Source: an uncultured Pelagibacteraceae bacterium (lineage in GTDB: Bacteria; Pseudomonadota; Alphaproteobacteria; Pelagibacterales; AG-422-B15). From it: 64,000 bases of DNA. Both the position numbers and the translations under genes were made by a program. Positions 40,709 through 49,860 of this stretch are shown here, piece after piece (the stretch's first letter is position 1; each line of letters starts with the position of its first letter). The stretch spans positions 274 through 64,273 of the forward strand of contig CACMBZ010000005.1 of assembly GCA_902612095.1 (NCBI GenBank), in the 5' to 3' direction. The notes beneath the pieces were generated by a model. That model saw only the letters and a list, made by a program, of their open reading frames with translations. It made no database searches and was not told the DNA's origin.

Positions 40709-42313
40709 ATGAGTAAATTTTATACGTTCATAGATAGCACTTTTATTGATTTAGGAAGGCAATTTAAATTAAGCTATCTACCGCCTTTAATGATATATGT
40801 TGCTGCTGGTGTTTCGGGTTTAACCGGAATCGTTGGAACCTTTTTTGTAAAAGATTATTTAAATCTTTCGGCTGCTTTTTTAGCAGGACTTGGTTTTTGG
40901 GCAGGAATTCCATGGGCATTAAAGATGCCACTTGGTCATTTAGTTGACCTTATCTGGGAAAGAAAAAATTATCTTGTTTATGTAGGCGCATCACTCATCA
41001 CTTTAAGTCTTGCTATCATGTTTGGCCTTATTATTCATACTGACTTTATGGTAAGGTACTTAAGTGTTGAAACTTGGTATGTTATTAGCGTTCTCTTAGC
41101 TCCGATAGGTTATGTGGTTCAAGACGTTGTTGCTGATGCAATGACGGTTGAAGCAGTCCCAAACATAGATCCCAAAGGAAACCAATACTCACCTGATGTA
41201 ATAAAAAATATGCATACCACCATGCAGACACTAGGTAGATTTGCCATTATTGCTGGTACAGTAATTGTTGCTTTAATTAATGTTGTTATTTTCAGTAGCG
41301 TTGAGGCTGAAACAGAACAAGAAAAAATAATTTTGTACGGGAATATTTACCTCTTCGCATTGATCATTCCGATCATATCAGTATTAGGGGTATTGCTCTC
41401 AATTTATTTAAAAAAGAAAAAAAACGATCAACTTTCAAAGTTGGGAATAGATCATCAAATCGAAATTAAAAAAACTAAGGTTGATTGGTGGATACTTGGA
41501 GGCTCTCTCGTTTTTGTAATTTTTACACTTAGCGTGGGAGGATTTAATCTTCCGTATGCACAAGAGATCGTATTCTTTGGATCAGTAAGTATTATATTTT
41601 TTCTGATGGCTAAACTAATGCGTGAACTTCCTGAGTCGATGCGACTCACAATTTTGGGAACTGCAATTATAATATTTATTTTCAGAGCCATGCCAGGCCC
41701 AGGACCAGGACTTACCTGGTTTGAGATTGATAATTTAGGATTTGATGAGCAGTTCTTTTCAGTGCTTTCTCTTCTTGCCTCCTGTCTAACTTTACTGGGT
41801 ATAATTATTTTAAGGCCTTTTATGGTCAATAACTCAATTGCAAAAATTATAGTGATATTATCAATTGCTGGAGCAATATTATTTTTGCCAAGTGTTGGCA
41901 TGTATTATGGATTTCATGATTGGACCTCGTCATTAACGAATGAAGTTGTGGATGCGCGATTTATTGCAATATTTAATACAGCTTTAGAGTCACCCTTGGG
42001 ACAAGTTTCAATGATTCCCCTTCTTGCGTGGATTGCAAGAAATGCTCCAGCTCATCTAAAGGCTACATTTTTTGCTGTATTTGCATCGTTTACCAATTTA
42101 GCCCTATCTGCAAGCGCATTGTTTACAAAATATCTCAATCAAATTTATGAAGTAACGAGGGAAGTCAAGGATAAGGTAACAAATGAGATACTCTCTATAG
42201 CTGATTATTCTGACCTTGGAGTTTTATTGATTGTTGTAACTCTGCTCACCCTTTTGGTACCTACAATTTCTGTTATAATCATTCAGAAAACTAGTCTAAA
42301 AACGGATGAATAA
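40709..42313 (+). CDS. MFS-like transporter, probable folate-biopterin transporter (BT1/FBT) family
   Basis: 534 aa with ~12 or more TM helices. The early loop IPWALKMPLGHLVD resembles the FBT-family motif. Family assignment is from memory only. Confidence 0.5.
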   Translation: MSKFYTFIDSTFIDLGRQFKLSYLPPLMIYVAAGVSGLTGIVGTFFVKDYLNLSAAFLAGLGFWAGIPWALKMPLGHLVDLIWERKNYLVYVGASLITLSLAIMFGLIIHTDFMVRYLSVETWYVISVLLAPIGYVVQDVVADAMTVEAVPNIDPKGNQYSPDVIKNMHTTMQTLGRFAIIAGTVIVALINVVIFSSVEAETEQEKIILYGNIYLFALIIPIISVLGVLLSIYLKKKKNDQLSKLGIDHQIEIKKTKVDWWILGGSLVFVIFTLSVGGFNLPYAQEIVFFGSVSIIFFLMAKLMRELPESMRLTILGTAIIIFIFRAMPGPGPGLTWFEIDNLGFDEQFFSVLSLLASCLTLLGIIILRPFMVNNSIAKIIVILSIAGAILFLPSVGMYYGFHDWTSSLTNEVVDARFIAIFNTALESPLGQVSMIPLLAWIARNAPAHLKATFFAVFASFTNLALSASALFTKYLNQIYEVTREVKDKVTNEILSIADYSDLGVLLIVVTLLTLLVPTISVIIIQKTSLKTDE

Positions 42314-42316
42314 TTA

Positions 42317-42484
42317 ATGAAAAATGTATTACAGATTCTAGGCGTTTTTTTTGTAGGCGCCCTAATAGGTTTAATTTTATTAAGCTTTGGTCTGTCGGTA
42401 GATATTTCAATGATGACAGGTACAGTTGTAATCCTTGTACTGGCTTACCTTGTTACTAAACAAAACAACAAGGAAAGAAAATAA
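42317..42484 (+). CDS. small hydrophobic protein (55 aa, two predicted TM segments)
   Basis: Not in the ORF track (below its size cutoff). Hand-translated as MKNVLQILGVFFVGALIGLILLSFGLSVDISMMTGTVVILVLAYLVTKQNNKERK. The stop overlaps the GST start as TAATG. Begins 3 nt after the transporter stop. Confidence 0.4.
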   Translation: MKNVLQILGVFFVGALIGLILLSFGLSVDISMMTGTVVILVLAYLVTKQNNKERK

Positions 42485-43338
42485 TGGTTCAAATTCCAAG
42501 CGATCAAATTAAATCTAGAGAAATACTTAATTGGAAGGGTTTACATTTATTTCATTTTAGAACTTCGTCATGTTCACAAAAACTTAGGATCTATTTAAAT
42601 CTAAAAAAAATTTCATGGACACCTCACAGCATTAATCTTGCTACAGGTAAAAACTATTCAGAATTCTTTCTAGGTATCAATCCTAAAGGCCTGGTTCCTG
42701 TTCTTGTGGATGATGGTCGTGTAGAAATTGAGAGTAATGATATTCTTATGTACCTTGAGAATAAATTTCCTGAAAACCCACTTGTTCCTGACTCCGATAC
42801 AACAGAAATTAGCACGTTGTTAAAAGAAGAAGATGATTTACATGAAGATATCAGAAATATTGCTTATCGATATATGTTTGGTGGACTTGGCAAAAAAGAC
42901 CCTAACGAATTAGAAGCCTTTGAGAAATATAAGTCCTCAAATAGTGAGCTGGACTATCTAAAATTAAAAGAAGTAAAGTTTTATAAGTCATTTCGTGAAA
43001 ATGGAATAACTGATGAAGCGGTAAGGAACTCACTTAGTAATTTTTGTAAATGTTATGATAAATATGAATCTCTATTAAATAAGCAAAAATACTTAATGGG
43101 CAGTAATCTTTCAATGCTTGATCTTGCCTGGTTTATTTATACATATAGGCTTTATGTCTCAGGGTTTCCATTTAAAGAACGTTATCCAAAAATATATACA
43201 TGGTTTTTTAATCTTTATTCTCGAAAAGAATTTTTTAAAGAGGTTAATGATCCGTTGCCGCTAAAGCTAATTAGGCTTTACGCTAAGACATCAACATCTT
43301 TAAGCGGAAAGTCAATTAGAGCTTTGCTTTCAAAATAA
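42484..43338 (+). CDS. glutathione S-transferase family protein
   Basis: 284 aa. Thioredoxin-like N-domain (LFHFRTSSCSQKLRIYL, GLVPVLVDDG..IESNDILMYL) plus a helical C-domain. Confidence 0.75.
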   Translation: MVQIPSDQIKSREILNWKGLHLFHFRTSSCSQKLRIYLNLKKISWTPHSINLATGKNYSEFFLGINPKGLVPVLVDDGRVEIESNDILMYLENKFPENPLVPDSDTTEISTLLKEEDDLHEDIRNIAYRYMFGGLGKKDPNELEAFEKYKSSNSELDYLKLKEVKFYKSFRENGITDEAVRNSLSNFCKCYDKYESLLNKQKYLMGSNLSMLDLAWFIYTYRLYVSGFPFKERYPKIYTWFFNLYSRKEFFKEVNDPLPLKLIRLYAKTSTSLSGKSIRALLSK

Positions 43339-44660
43339 TGACTGCCCAAGACAGATCATCCATACTTGAGGGATATTATAAATCTCATTGGCCTGTTGAA
43401 TGTGGTGGAAATCGTCGCCAAAAGGCAACCAAAGGATCAATAAACGCTCGTGAAAAAAAAGCTGTTGTACAAAGCATACGAAATGAACGCTGGAATGTTA
43501 TGACAATTTATCGCGATACTAATGAAATTTTTTTGGGCGGTACGATGCCTAGCTTTACTGGTCCAGGACCATTTGGATGGCTTCAAAAAATTGAACCTGA
43601 ATCTTTGGAAATATTAGGGGAAACACCAAAATTACCATGCGGTGATCACGTCTGGTGTGGCGCTATTGCAGCACATCAAAATGGCAATATCATCAAGGTT
43701 AATGGAAACTACATGCATAGTATCTCAAAAGATTGTGAAGTAGTTAAAGAATCAAAATTACCCATTGATCAGGCACATAACGGTTTACTAATATTATCAG
43801 ATGGAACAATTGTCACGAAAGATCTTCGGTTAGAAGGTCAAGGTTGTTCCACAATAACAAGATTAGATCAAAATCTAGATGTTTTACATGAACCCCTGCA
43901 GTTGCCCGAAGGATCTATGGGAAGAATTGCCTCAGATAAAACAGTAGATGGTGAATTCATTTTTATTCCAGGTATCGAAAAAATATGGAAAATAAAAGTT
44001 CTACCTAACGATCTAGAAGTCAATTCAGACTGGTCGCCTACTTATAGGAAATCTAACGATGATCAAGGGTTATCATGGGATGGCTGTATATCAGATGGAT
44101 CACTCTGGCTTATGAATAACGGAGATATCGATTCATTAAGAGCGATTTATTCAACTCATCCAAATGGTAGATTTAAAACTGCACCAAAAGAATTAAGTTG
44201 GAGACGGCCCGCTCCTTGGTCATGTAAGCAAAGGCTTTATAAATTTGATTTAATGTCAGAACAATTTGAATATATCGAACCATTTGAATATCATGGAGGA
44301 GGTATTATTGCACCACCCATAAATATTCCCGAATGTAATATCTGTGTATGCTGGGATAGTATAAATGGCGGCATAGCAGGTATTGATACATCAAATAACT
44401 TGTTAAAAATATCATGGAAGATTGATAGTCTTAGACCAACAATGCAACCGGTCGTGTTTCCTGAAAGCAAAGAGCTAGTAATTAATAGTTTCGAAAATAA
44501 TGACGATCACTTGGTGGTAATAGACCTATCAAGTGGAGAAATACTCTCAAAAGTTGCACTCAATTCACCTCTCGCCAATGGTATGTTTTTAACACCAGGC
44601 TTAAAGAATGATATTTTTTATTGCTCAACAAGAACCTTTGCACGAGTATCTTGGAAGTAA
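43338..44660 (+). CDS. hypothetical protein, beta-propeller-like, unknown function
   Basis: 440 aa. TAATG-coupled to the GST. Repeated strand-rich blades (NGNIIKVNG, LSDGTIVTKD, DGSLWLMNNGD, LVVIDLSSGEILSKV). I recognise no family. Confidence 0.6.
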   Translation: MTAQDRSSILEGYYKSHWPVECGGNRRQKATKGSINAREKKAVVQSIRNERWNVMTIYRDTNEIFLGGTMPSFTGPGPFGWLQKIEPESLEILGETPKLPCGDHVWCGAIAAHQNGNIIKVNGNYMHSISKDCEVVKESKLPIDQAHNGLLILSDGTIVTKDLRLEGQGCSTITRLDQNLDVLHEPLQLPEGSMGRIASDKTVDGEFIFIPGIEKIWKIKVLPNDLEVNSDWSPTYRKSNDDQGLSWDGCISDGSLWLMNNGDIDSLRAIYSTHPNGRFKTAPKELSWRRPAPWSCKQRLYKFDLMSEQFEYIEPFEYHGGGIIAPPINIPECNICVCWDSINGGIAGIDTSNNLLKISWKIDSLRPTMQPVVFPESKELVINSFENNDDHLVVIDLSSGEILSKVALNSPLANGMFLTPGLKNDIFYCSTRTFARVSWK

Positions 44661-44739
44661 ATTTGAATTAATATTTATTCTTTTTAAAGGTAAGTATTTT
44701 AATTAGAATTTGTAAAAAACAAAATATAGGAGATAAAAT

Positions 44740-45033
44740 ATGGAATTTTGTAACTCAGTTAGGTTTAAAGTTAAAGAAGGTTGTGAAGAAGAATACCTAG
44801 AAATAAACAAAAGTTTTAAAAATTTACCAGGTCAGAACATGAGTCGTCTTTTTAAAACAGGAGACCGTACATATTGTTTTATTGGTATTTGGGAATCCGA
44901 GGAGGCAATTGCTGCACAAAGAGAAAATATGATTGGAAATTTGGATAAAGTTAGACACTTACTTGAGGAATTATCTCCTGAATTAGGTGTAACTGATCCT
45001 GTTTCAGGAACAGTTGTTCTTGATTATAGTTGA
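44740..45033 (+). CDS. small ABM/ferredoxin-like-fold protein (tentative)
   Basis: 97 aa. AGGAG RBS. The pattern VRFKVKEG..E.Y...........FIGIWESEEA is reminiscent of antibiotic-biosynthesis-monooxygenase domains. Confidence 0.45.
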   Translation: MEFCNSVRFKVKEGCEEEYLEINKSFKNLPGQNMSRLFKTGDRTYCFIGIWESEEAIAAQRENMIGNLDKVRHLLEELSPELGVTDPVSGTVVLDYS

Positions 45034-45294
45034 TAAATCAGGTTAGAATATTTCTATGCATTTAGATCTACTGGAGCTGTTATTTGGCATACCTTTGCAC
45101 TTAACACTTTTGTGTATTTCTAAATTTTACGCAAATAGGTCATATGATGAAGCAGCAAGATATTTTAGTAAGGCGAGTAAAGTTTAAAAATTTACTTCCA
45201 CCTGTAATTAAGCTAGTCATCAAAAGAAAATGTAATTTAAGTTTAATTGACTTAAACAAAACAATTAGATCATCTAAAACATATCATTAATAAT

Positions 45295-46083
45295 ATGAGC
45301 TTAACCGATGAAGGACATTACGGCCCCAAACAACTAAATATGCTCAAAACTGTTTGGGGTGAAGGTTTTCTCTCACCTGGCGGGACAGAAGAAATTGATC
45401 AGATTTTAAAAGGATTAAATCTAAAAAATAAAAAAGTTCTGGATATTGGATGCGGAACGGGCGGTGCGGTTTTTCATATGATTGAAAAATATGGCGCGAA
45501 GGAAGTAATTGGAATAGATCCTGAACCGCTGGTAATTGAAACCGCAAATAATTTAGCGTTAAAGAAAAATTTATCTGATAATGCAAAATTTATTTGTACA
45601 GAGCCAGGTGAATATAAATTTGAAGATAAAAGTTTTGAGGCAGTATTTAGTAAAGAAGCATTTTTACATATTATTGATAAAAAAAACTTGCTCAAAGAGA
45701 TAAACGAGATTTTAGTTGATGATGGTATTCTTGCAGTTGGAGATTGGATGAGAAATGATGACAACGAACCATCGGAGCAGATGAAAGAATATATTGCTGC
45801 AGAAGGCCTCGATATGTTCATGTGCTCATTAGAAAAGTACGAAAGTCTTTTAAAAGAAACAGGATTTAAAGTTCTCTCATTAAATGATCGTAATAAATGG
45901 TATCTCGATAAAGTTAAGACAGAAATATCAGATATAAAAGGGCCACTTTATGATGACGTTGTAAGTTTAATAGGAAAAGAAGAGGCAGACGGTGCACTTG
46001 AAATTTGGGAAAAACTTCTTGGCGTTGTGGAAAAAGGGGAACATCGCCCTGGTAATTTTCAAGCTGTAAAAATTTCAACCTAA
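45295..46083 (+). CDS. SAM-dependent N-methyltransferase, phosphoethanolamine N-methyltransferase-like
   Basis: 262 aa. KTVWGEGFLSPGGTEE followed by VLDIGCGTGG resembles the PEAMT catalytic-domain pattern (ERVFGEGFVSTGG...VLDVGCGIGG) as I recall it. Confidence 0.7.
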   Translation: MSLTDEGHYGPKQLNMLKTVWGEGFLSPGGTEEIDQILKGLNLKNKKVLDIGCGTGGAVFHMIEKYGAKEVIGIDPEPLVIETANNLALKKNLSDNAKFICTEPGEYKFEDKSFEAVFSKEAFLHIIDKKNLLKEINEILVDDGILAVGDWMRNDDNEPSEQMKEYIAAEGLDMFMCSLEKYESLLKETGFKVLSLNDRNKWYLDKVKTEISDIKGPLYDDVVSLIGKEEADGALEIWEKLLGVVEKGEHRPGNFQAVKIST

Positions 46084-46084
46084 T

Positions 46085-46324
46085 ATGGACAATAACCTAT
46101 CGCAGTCAGACATCGATCGCGTTATTGAAATGGCCTGGGAAGATAGAACAACTTTTGCTGATATTCGGAAACAATTTGGAATACAAGAGAAAGAAGTTAT
46201 TAAAATAATGAAAGAGAATATGAAAAGATCCTCTTTTTTAATGTGGAGAAAGCGAGTAAGGGGAAGAAAAACTAAAATTAGTCCAATTTCAGATCGATTT
46301 AAATCATCTAATCAGAAATCATAG
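46085..46324 (+). CDS. DUF2805/TIGR03643-family small protein
   Basis: 79 aa. MAWEDRTTFADIRKQFG..EKEVIKIMK...SFLMWRKRVRGRKTK matches my recollection of this family's core. Confidence 0.65.
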   Translation: MDNNLSQSDIDRVIEMAWEDRTTFADIRKQFGIQEKEVIKIMKENMKRSSFLMWRKRVRGRKTKISPISDRFKSSNQKS

Positions 46325-46326
46325 TA

Positions 46327-46698
46327 ATGAGTAACATAAAAAATATATCTGCAGAAAACTGTTATAGCACAATTAAAGAAAATAAAGATGCATATTTAAT
46401 TGATGTGCGTACACCTTATGAATGGGAGACGCATGGAAGAGTCGATAATAAGTCTTTTGACGCTCGATACGTAGAATTAACACTTATTAATGAAGAAGGT
46501 GATGAAAACACTAATTTTTTGGATCAATTCAATTCTTATGGAATTTCAAAAAATTCAGAAATTTACTTTATTTGTAAGTCAGGGGCAAGGTCCATGCATG
46601 CTGCTTTAATATTGGAGTCAAATGGTTATCAAAATCTATACAATGTTGAGGACGGATTTGTTATTGGCTGGAAACCAAGTGGCTTGCCATCAAAATAA
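46327..46698 (+). CDS. rhodanese-domain sulfurtransferase
   Basis: 123 aa. YLIDVRTPYEW and the active-site loop CKSGARS. Confidence 0.8.
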   Translation: MSNIKNISAENCYSTIKENKDAYLIDVRTPYEWETHGRVDNKSFDARYVELTLINEEGDENTNFLDQFNSYGISKNSEIYFICKSGARSMHAALILESNGYQNLYNVEDGFVIGWKPSGLPSK

Positions 46699-46708
46699 TT
46701 TTAAAGAA

Positions 46709-47320
46709 TTAATTAGAAACAGTAATAATCTTATCGATTAATTTCTCTATATCATTATCGTTATTTGCTAGAAATGACTGAAACTCTTCTCTTTGTGCAA
46801 TTACAAGACTGATACCTTCAATATTCAGATCAATTATTTTTATATCACCGTCTCTATTAATCAGTCTCCACTTTAAATTTATTTTTAAAGTATCAGTTCC
46901 TTCTCGTACAATATTACTTTCAACAATTACGTATTTTCCTGCAGCTTCAGACCCAATAATTTGAACTTGCTCACCAGAGTACTGATCAAGCTTATTTGCA
47001 TAGGAGTTGATAAAATAATCTTTAAATGCAATCAAATATCTTTCTTTTTGTTCATCGGTTGAATTTTTCCAAGTTTTAGAGAGCACAAATTTTGAAATTA
47101 AATTTAGGTCAATTGCATTCAGTACAACATCGGTGAAACGAGACGTTTTATCATTTTCGCTAATATCCTCGTCACTTAAAATCTCTATCGCTTGGTCTGC
47201 AAAGTTTGAAACAAACTCCTCTTCTTGAGCGAACTCTGAGCTTTGGGCGTAAGCCGCGCAAGAAAGCAAAAAAATTAAAATCCAGCTATAATTTTTTATT
47301 TTAATCATAAATAATCTCAA
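46709..47320 (-). CDS. mlaC: MlaC/Ttg2D-family phospholipid-binding periplasmic protein
   Basis: 203 aa with a signal peptide. Toluene-tolerance Ttg2D-like pattern (FVLSKTWKNSTDEQKERYLIAFKDYF). Downstream of, and overlapping, mlaA. Confidence 0.7.
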   Translation of the reverse strand: MRLFMIKIKNYSWILIFLLSCAAYAQSSEFAQEEEFVSNFADQAIEILSDEDISENDKTSRFTDVVLNAIDLNLISKFVLSKTWKNSTDEQKERYLIAFKDYFINSYANKLDQYSGEQVQIIGSEAAGKYVIVESNIVREGTDTLKINLKWRLINRDGDIKIIDLNIEGISLVIAQREEFQSFLANNDNDIEKLIDKIITVSN

Positions 47321-48122
47321 TATCTGGTCCTACATAACTTTCATCAATATCAAAGTCATCAAAAATATCATTTTCTTGATCTTGAGTATTACTTTCTAAG
47401 TTATTTGAGGCCTGACTTTCTCTTCCTTGCGAATAAAAGCTTCTTACTGCTGCATAGTAATCAATTGAATTGTTTTGTAGATCATCAAGAATTTCTATGT
47501 TTTGGGATCTAAAGTCGACCGCACCTGTACCCATCCTGTAAATTCTTAGAGAGTCAGGAGCGGACCCACCTCCCACTTGATACATTGGATCTAGTAATGA
47601 GGTTGATAACATGCCTGCAAAGTCTCTTGGTGTGGAAGGTCCTAAGAAAGGTAAAACTAAGTATGGACCAGACTCAACACCCCATACACTTAAAGTTTGT
47701 CCAAAGTCTTCGTTTTCGGATACAAGACCCATGCTAGAAGCAGGATCAAAGAAACCGAGTATTCCAACAGTTGAGTTAATAATAAATCGAGATGTTGATA
47801 CTCCAGCCTTTCTTAATTCACCTTGCAATACATTATTTACAGCTGTAATTGGCATGCCTAAATTATTTAATGAATATGTAACCCTATTTCGAACAAACTC
47901 TGGAACAATGGCTTTATAGGTGACGGCAATTGGCCTTAAGATAAGTTTATCAAAAATAATATTAAATTGAAAAACCACACGATTTACTTTTTCAAGTGGG
48001 TCATTAACGCTAACTATTTCAGTTTCAGAATTGTTATAGTTCACCGAAGCTTCTTTTGAAGCACATCCTTGTAATACAAGAACAGAACTTAGAAATAAAA
48101 CTATAAATATTCTATATTTCAT
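47301..48122 (-). CDS. mlaA: MlaA/VacJ-family outer-membrane lipoprotein
   Basis: 273 aa. Lipobox LQGC and the DPLEKVNRVVFQFN signature of VacJ. Confidence 0.85.
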   Translation of the reverse strand: MKYRIFIVLFLSSVLVLQGCASKEASVNYNNSETEIVSVNDPLEKVNRVVFQFNIIFDKLILRPIAVTYKAIVPEFVRNRVTYSLNNLGMPITAVNNVLQGELRKAGVSTSRFIINSTVGILGFFDPASSMGLVSENEDFGQTLSVWGVESGPYLVLPFLGPSTPRDFAGMLSTSLLDPMYQVGGGSAPDSLRIYRMGTGAVDFRSQNIEILDDLQNNSIDYYAAVRSFYSQGRESQASNNLESNTQDQENDIFDDFDIDESYVGPDIEIIYD

Positions 48123-48216
48123 TGAAATAATGCTATTCTAAATGAATTTTCTAATCAAATTAATATTTTAGTGTAATCGTATTATAAATAGAAAATGATG
48201 CAGAAATGAGCCAGTA

Positions 48217-49116
48217 TTGAGAACAATAGACATATTAATTGTATTATCCATTAATCTAGCGTGGGGGCTGGCATTTATTTCTGCAAAAATAGGTGTAAAT
48301 GAATTTCCACCATTTTTATTTACGACAATGAGATTTCTAATCATTGCAGTTTTACTCATACCCTTTTTGAAAATTCACCGAGGCCAAATGACTAATATTT
48401 TAATTATTTCTATATTAGGAGGAGGCATTCATTTTGCATTTTTTTATCTTGCTCTTGATAATTCTCAATTTATTTCCTCTGTTGCTGTGGTTCTCCAATT
48501 AGGTGTACCATTTGCAACTATATTGTCCGTTATATTTTTAGGTGAGGTGATTAAGTGGAGACGTATTCTTGGAATAGCACTTGCATTTGGTGGAGTTATT
48601 ATTTTGATTTTTGAGCCTACAATATTTTCTGATCTCGGTGGCGTTTATTATGCATTATTGGCAGCTTTATCAATTGCTATCAGCCTTCTTTTTATGAAGA
48701 AGTTAAAAGATGTTAAAGTGTTTGATCTACAAGCTTGGATTGCTTTTATAAGCTTTTTATTCTTGGCAACGATTTCATTTCTAGTTGAGGAAAATCAATT
48801 AGACTTGATTTTAAATGCAACCATAATTGGTTGGGGAGCTATATTATTTACTGCGTTTGCCGCAACGGCTATAGGCCATGCAGGTTTTTATTACTTAATA
48901 ACAAAATATGAAATATCAAAAATTACACCTCTGACGCTCCTTGCTCCGGTACTTGCGATAATAAATGCATTGATTATTTCTTATTTTTCTCTGTATGAGG
49001 GATTTAATGAAGTGCTTACATTTAAAATTATCTTTGGTGCAACCATGTCATTCACGGGAGTTGCTATTGTAATGATGAGAGAACCAGAAGAGGAAAAGGT
49101 ATCAAGTTCACCATGA
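48217..49116 (+). CDS. EamA/DMT-family transporter
   Basis: 299 aa with 10 TM helices and two EamA-like halves. The start is a TTG as given by the track, and there is no in-frame upstream ATG. Confidence 0.8.
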   Translation: MRTIDILIVLSINLAWGLAFISAKIGVNEFPPFLFTTMRFLIIAVLLIPFLKIHRGQMTNILIISILGGGIHFAFFYLALDNSQFISSVAVVLQLGVPFATILSVIFLGEVIKWRRILGIALAFGGVIILIFEPTIFSDLGGVYYALLAALSIAISLLFMKKLKDVKVFDLQAWIAFISFLFLATISFLVEENQLDLILNATIIGWGAILFTAFAATAIGHAGFYYLITKYEISKITPLTLLAPVLAIINALIISYFSLYEGFNEVLTFKIIFGATMSFTGVAIVMMREPEEEKVSSSP

Positions 49117-49829
49117 AAATTGATTATCTAAAATCCCCAAATTTTGAACAAGTTAAAAGAAGAAATATTAAATATATAATCATACATTATACAGGAATGA
49201 AAACATCGCAGGAGTCAATTAAAAGACTTAGATCAAAAAAACATAAAGTGAGCTCACATTATTTTATTAATGAAAGAGGAAAAATTACCCAACTCGTAAA
49301 TGATAAAGATATTGCTTGGCATTCAGGCATATCTAATTGGAAAAAAGATAGAAATTTAAACTCAAAGTCTATAGGTATAGAGTTACAAAATAAAGGCCAA
49401 GAATTTGGATATCACAAATTCAAGTTATCTCAGATAAAATCACTTATATCATTAATCGAAAGTCTACAGAAAAAGTACAAAATAAAAAAAAGTAATGTTT
49501 TGGGTCACTCAGATGTTGCTCCGCTGCGTAAGATAGATCCAGGATATTTATTCCCATGGCATAAATTGGCTGCAAAAGGCTTAGTAATTTTGCCAAAGAA
49601 AAATAATTCAAAAATACCGCTTAGAGCTTCAGAGATTAAATCTTTACAACAGTTACTAAGAGATTTTGGCTATAAAATTACTTTATCGAGTTTAATGGAT
49701 AAAGAAACACTGCAAGTTATTTACGCTTTTGAAAGTCACTATTGCCCCGAAGAGTTAGAGGATTTTACAGTTAAGCGCAAATTGTTGGGATATCTGAGAG
49801 AGCTTATATCTCTTCAAAGAGAGGCTTGA
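49113..49829 (+). CDS. N-acetylmuramoyl-L-alanine amidase (Amidase_2/AmpD-like) with C-terminal peptidoglycan-binding-like domain
   Basis: 238 aa. IIIHYTGM, SSHYFI..GKITQLV, AWHSG, IGIELQN and GHSDVAP.RKIDPG.LFPW motifs. Confidence 0.85.
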   Translation: MKIDYLKSPNFEQVKRRNIKYIIIHYTGMKTSQESIKRLRSKKHKVSSHYFINERGKITQLVNDKDIAWHSGISNWKKDRNLNSKSIGIELQNKGQEFGYHKFKLSQIKSLISLIESLQKKYKIKKSNVLGHSDVAPLRKIDPGYLFPWHKLAAKGLVILPKKNNSKIPLRASEIKSLQQLLRDFGYKITLSSLMDKETLQVIYAFESHYCPEELEDFTVKRKLLGYLRELISLQREA

Positions 49830-49860
49830 CCAATATCTTTTAAGAGGATAAACCCATTTA

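Noticed and set aside
41455-41901. 148-aa minus-strand ORF inside the BT1-like transporter gene
   Set aside because: Antisense to a continuous 534-aa polytopic ORF. No independent support.
45057-45188. 43-aa ORF (MHLDLLELLFGIPLHLTLLCISKFYANRSYDEAARYFSKASKV) in the long spacer
   Set aside because: No convincing RBS, no recognisable family, and short. Kept only as a note under the spacer finding.
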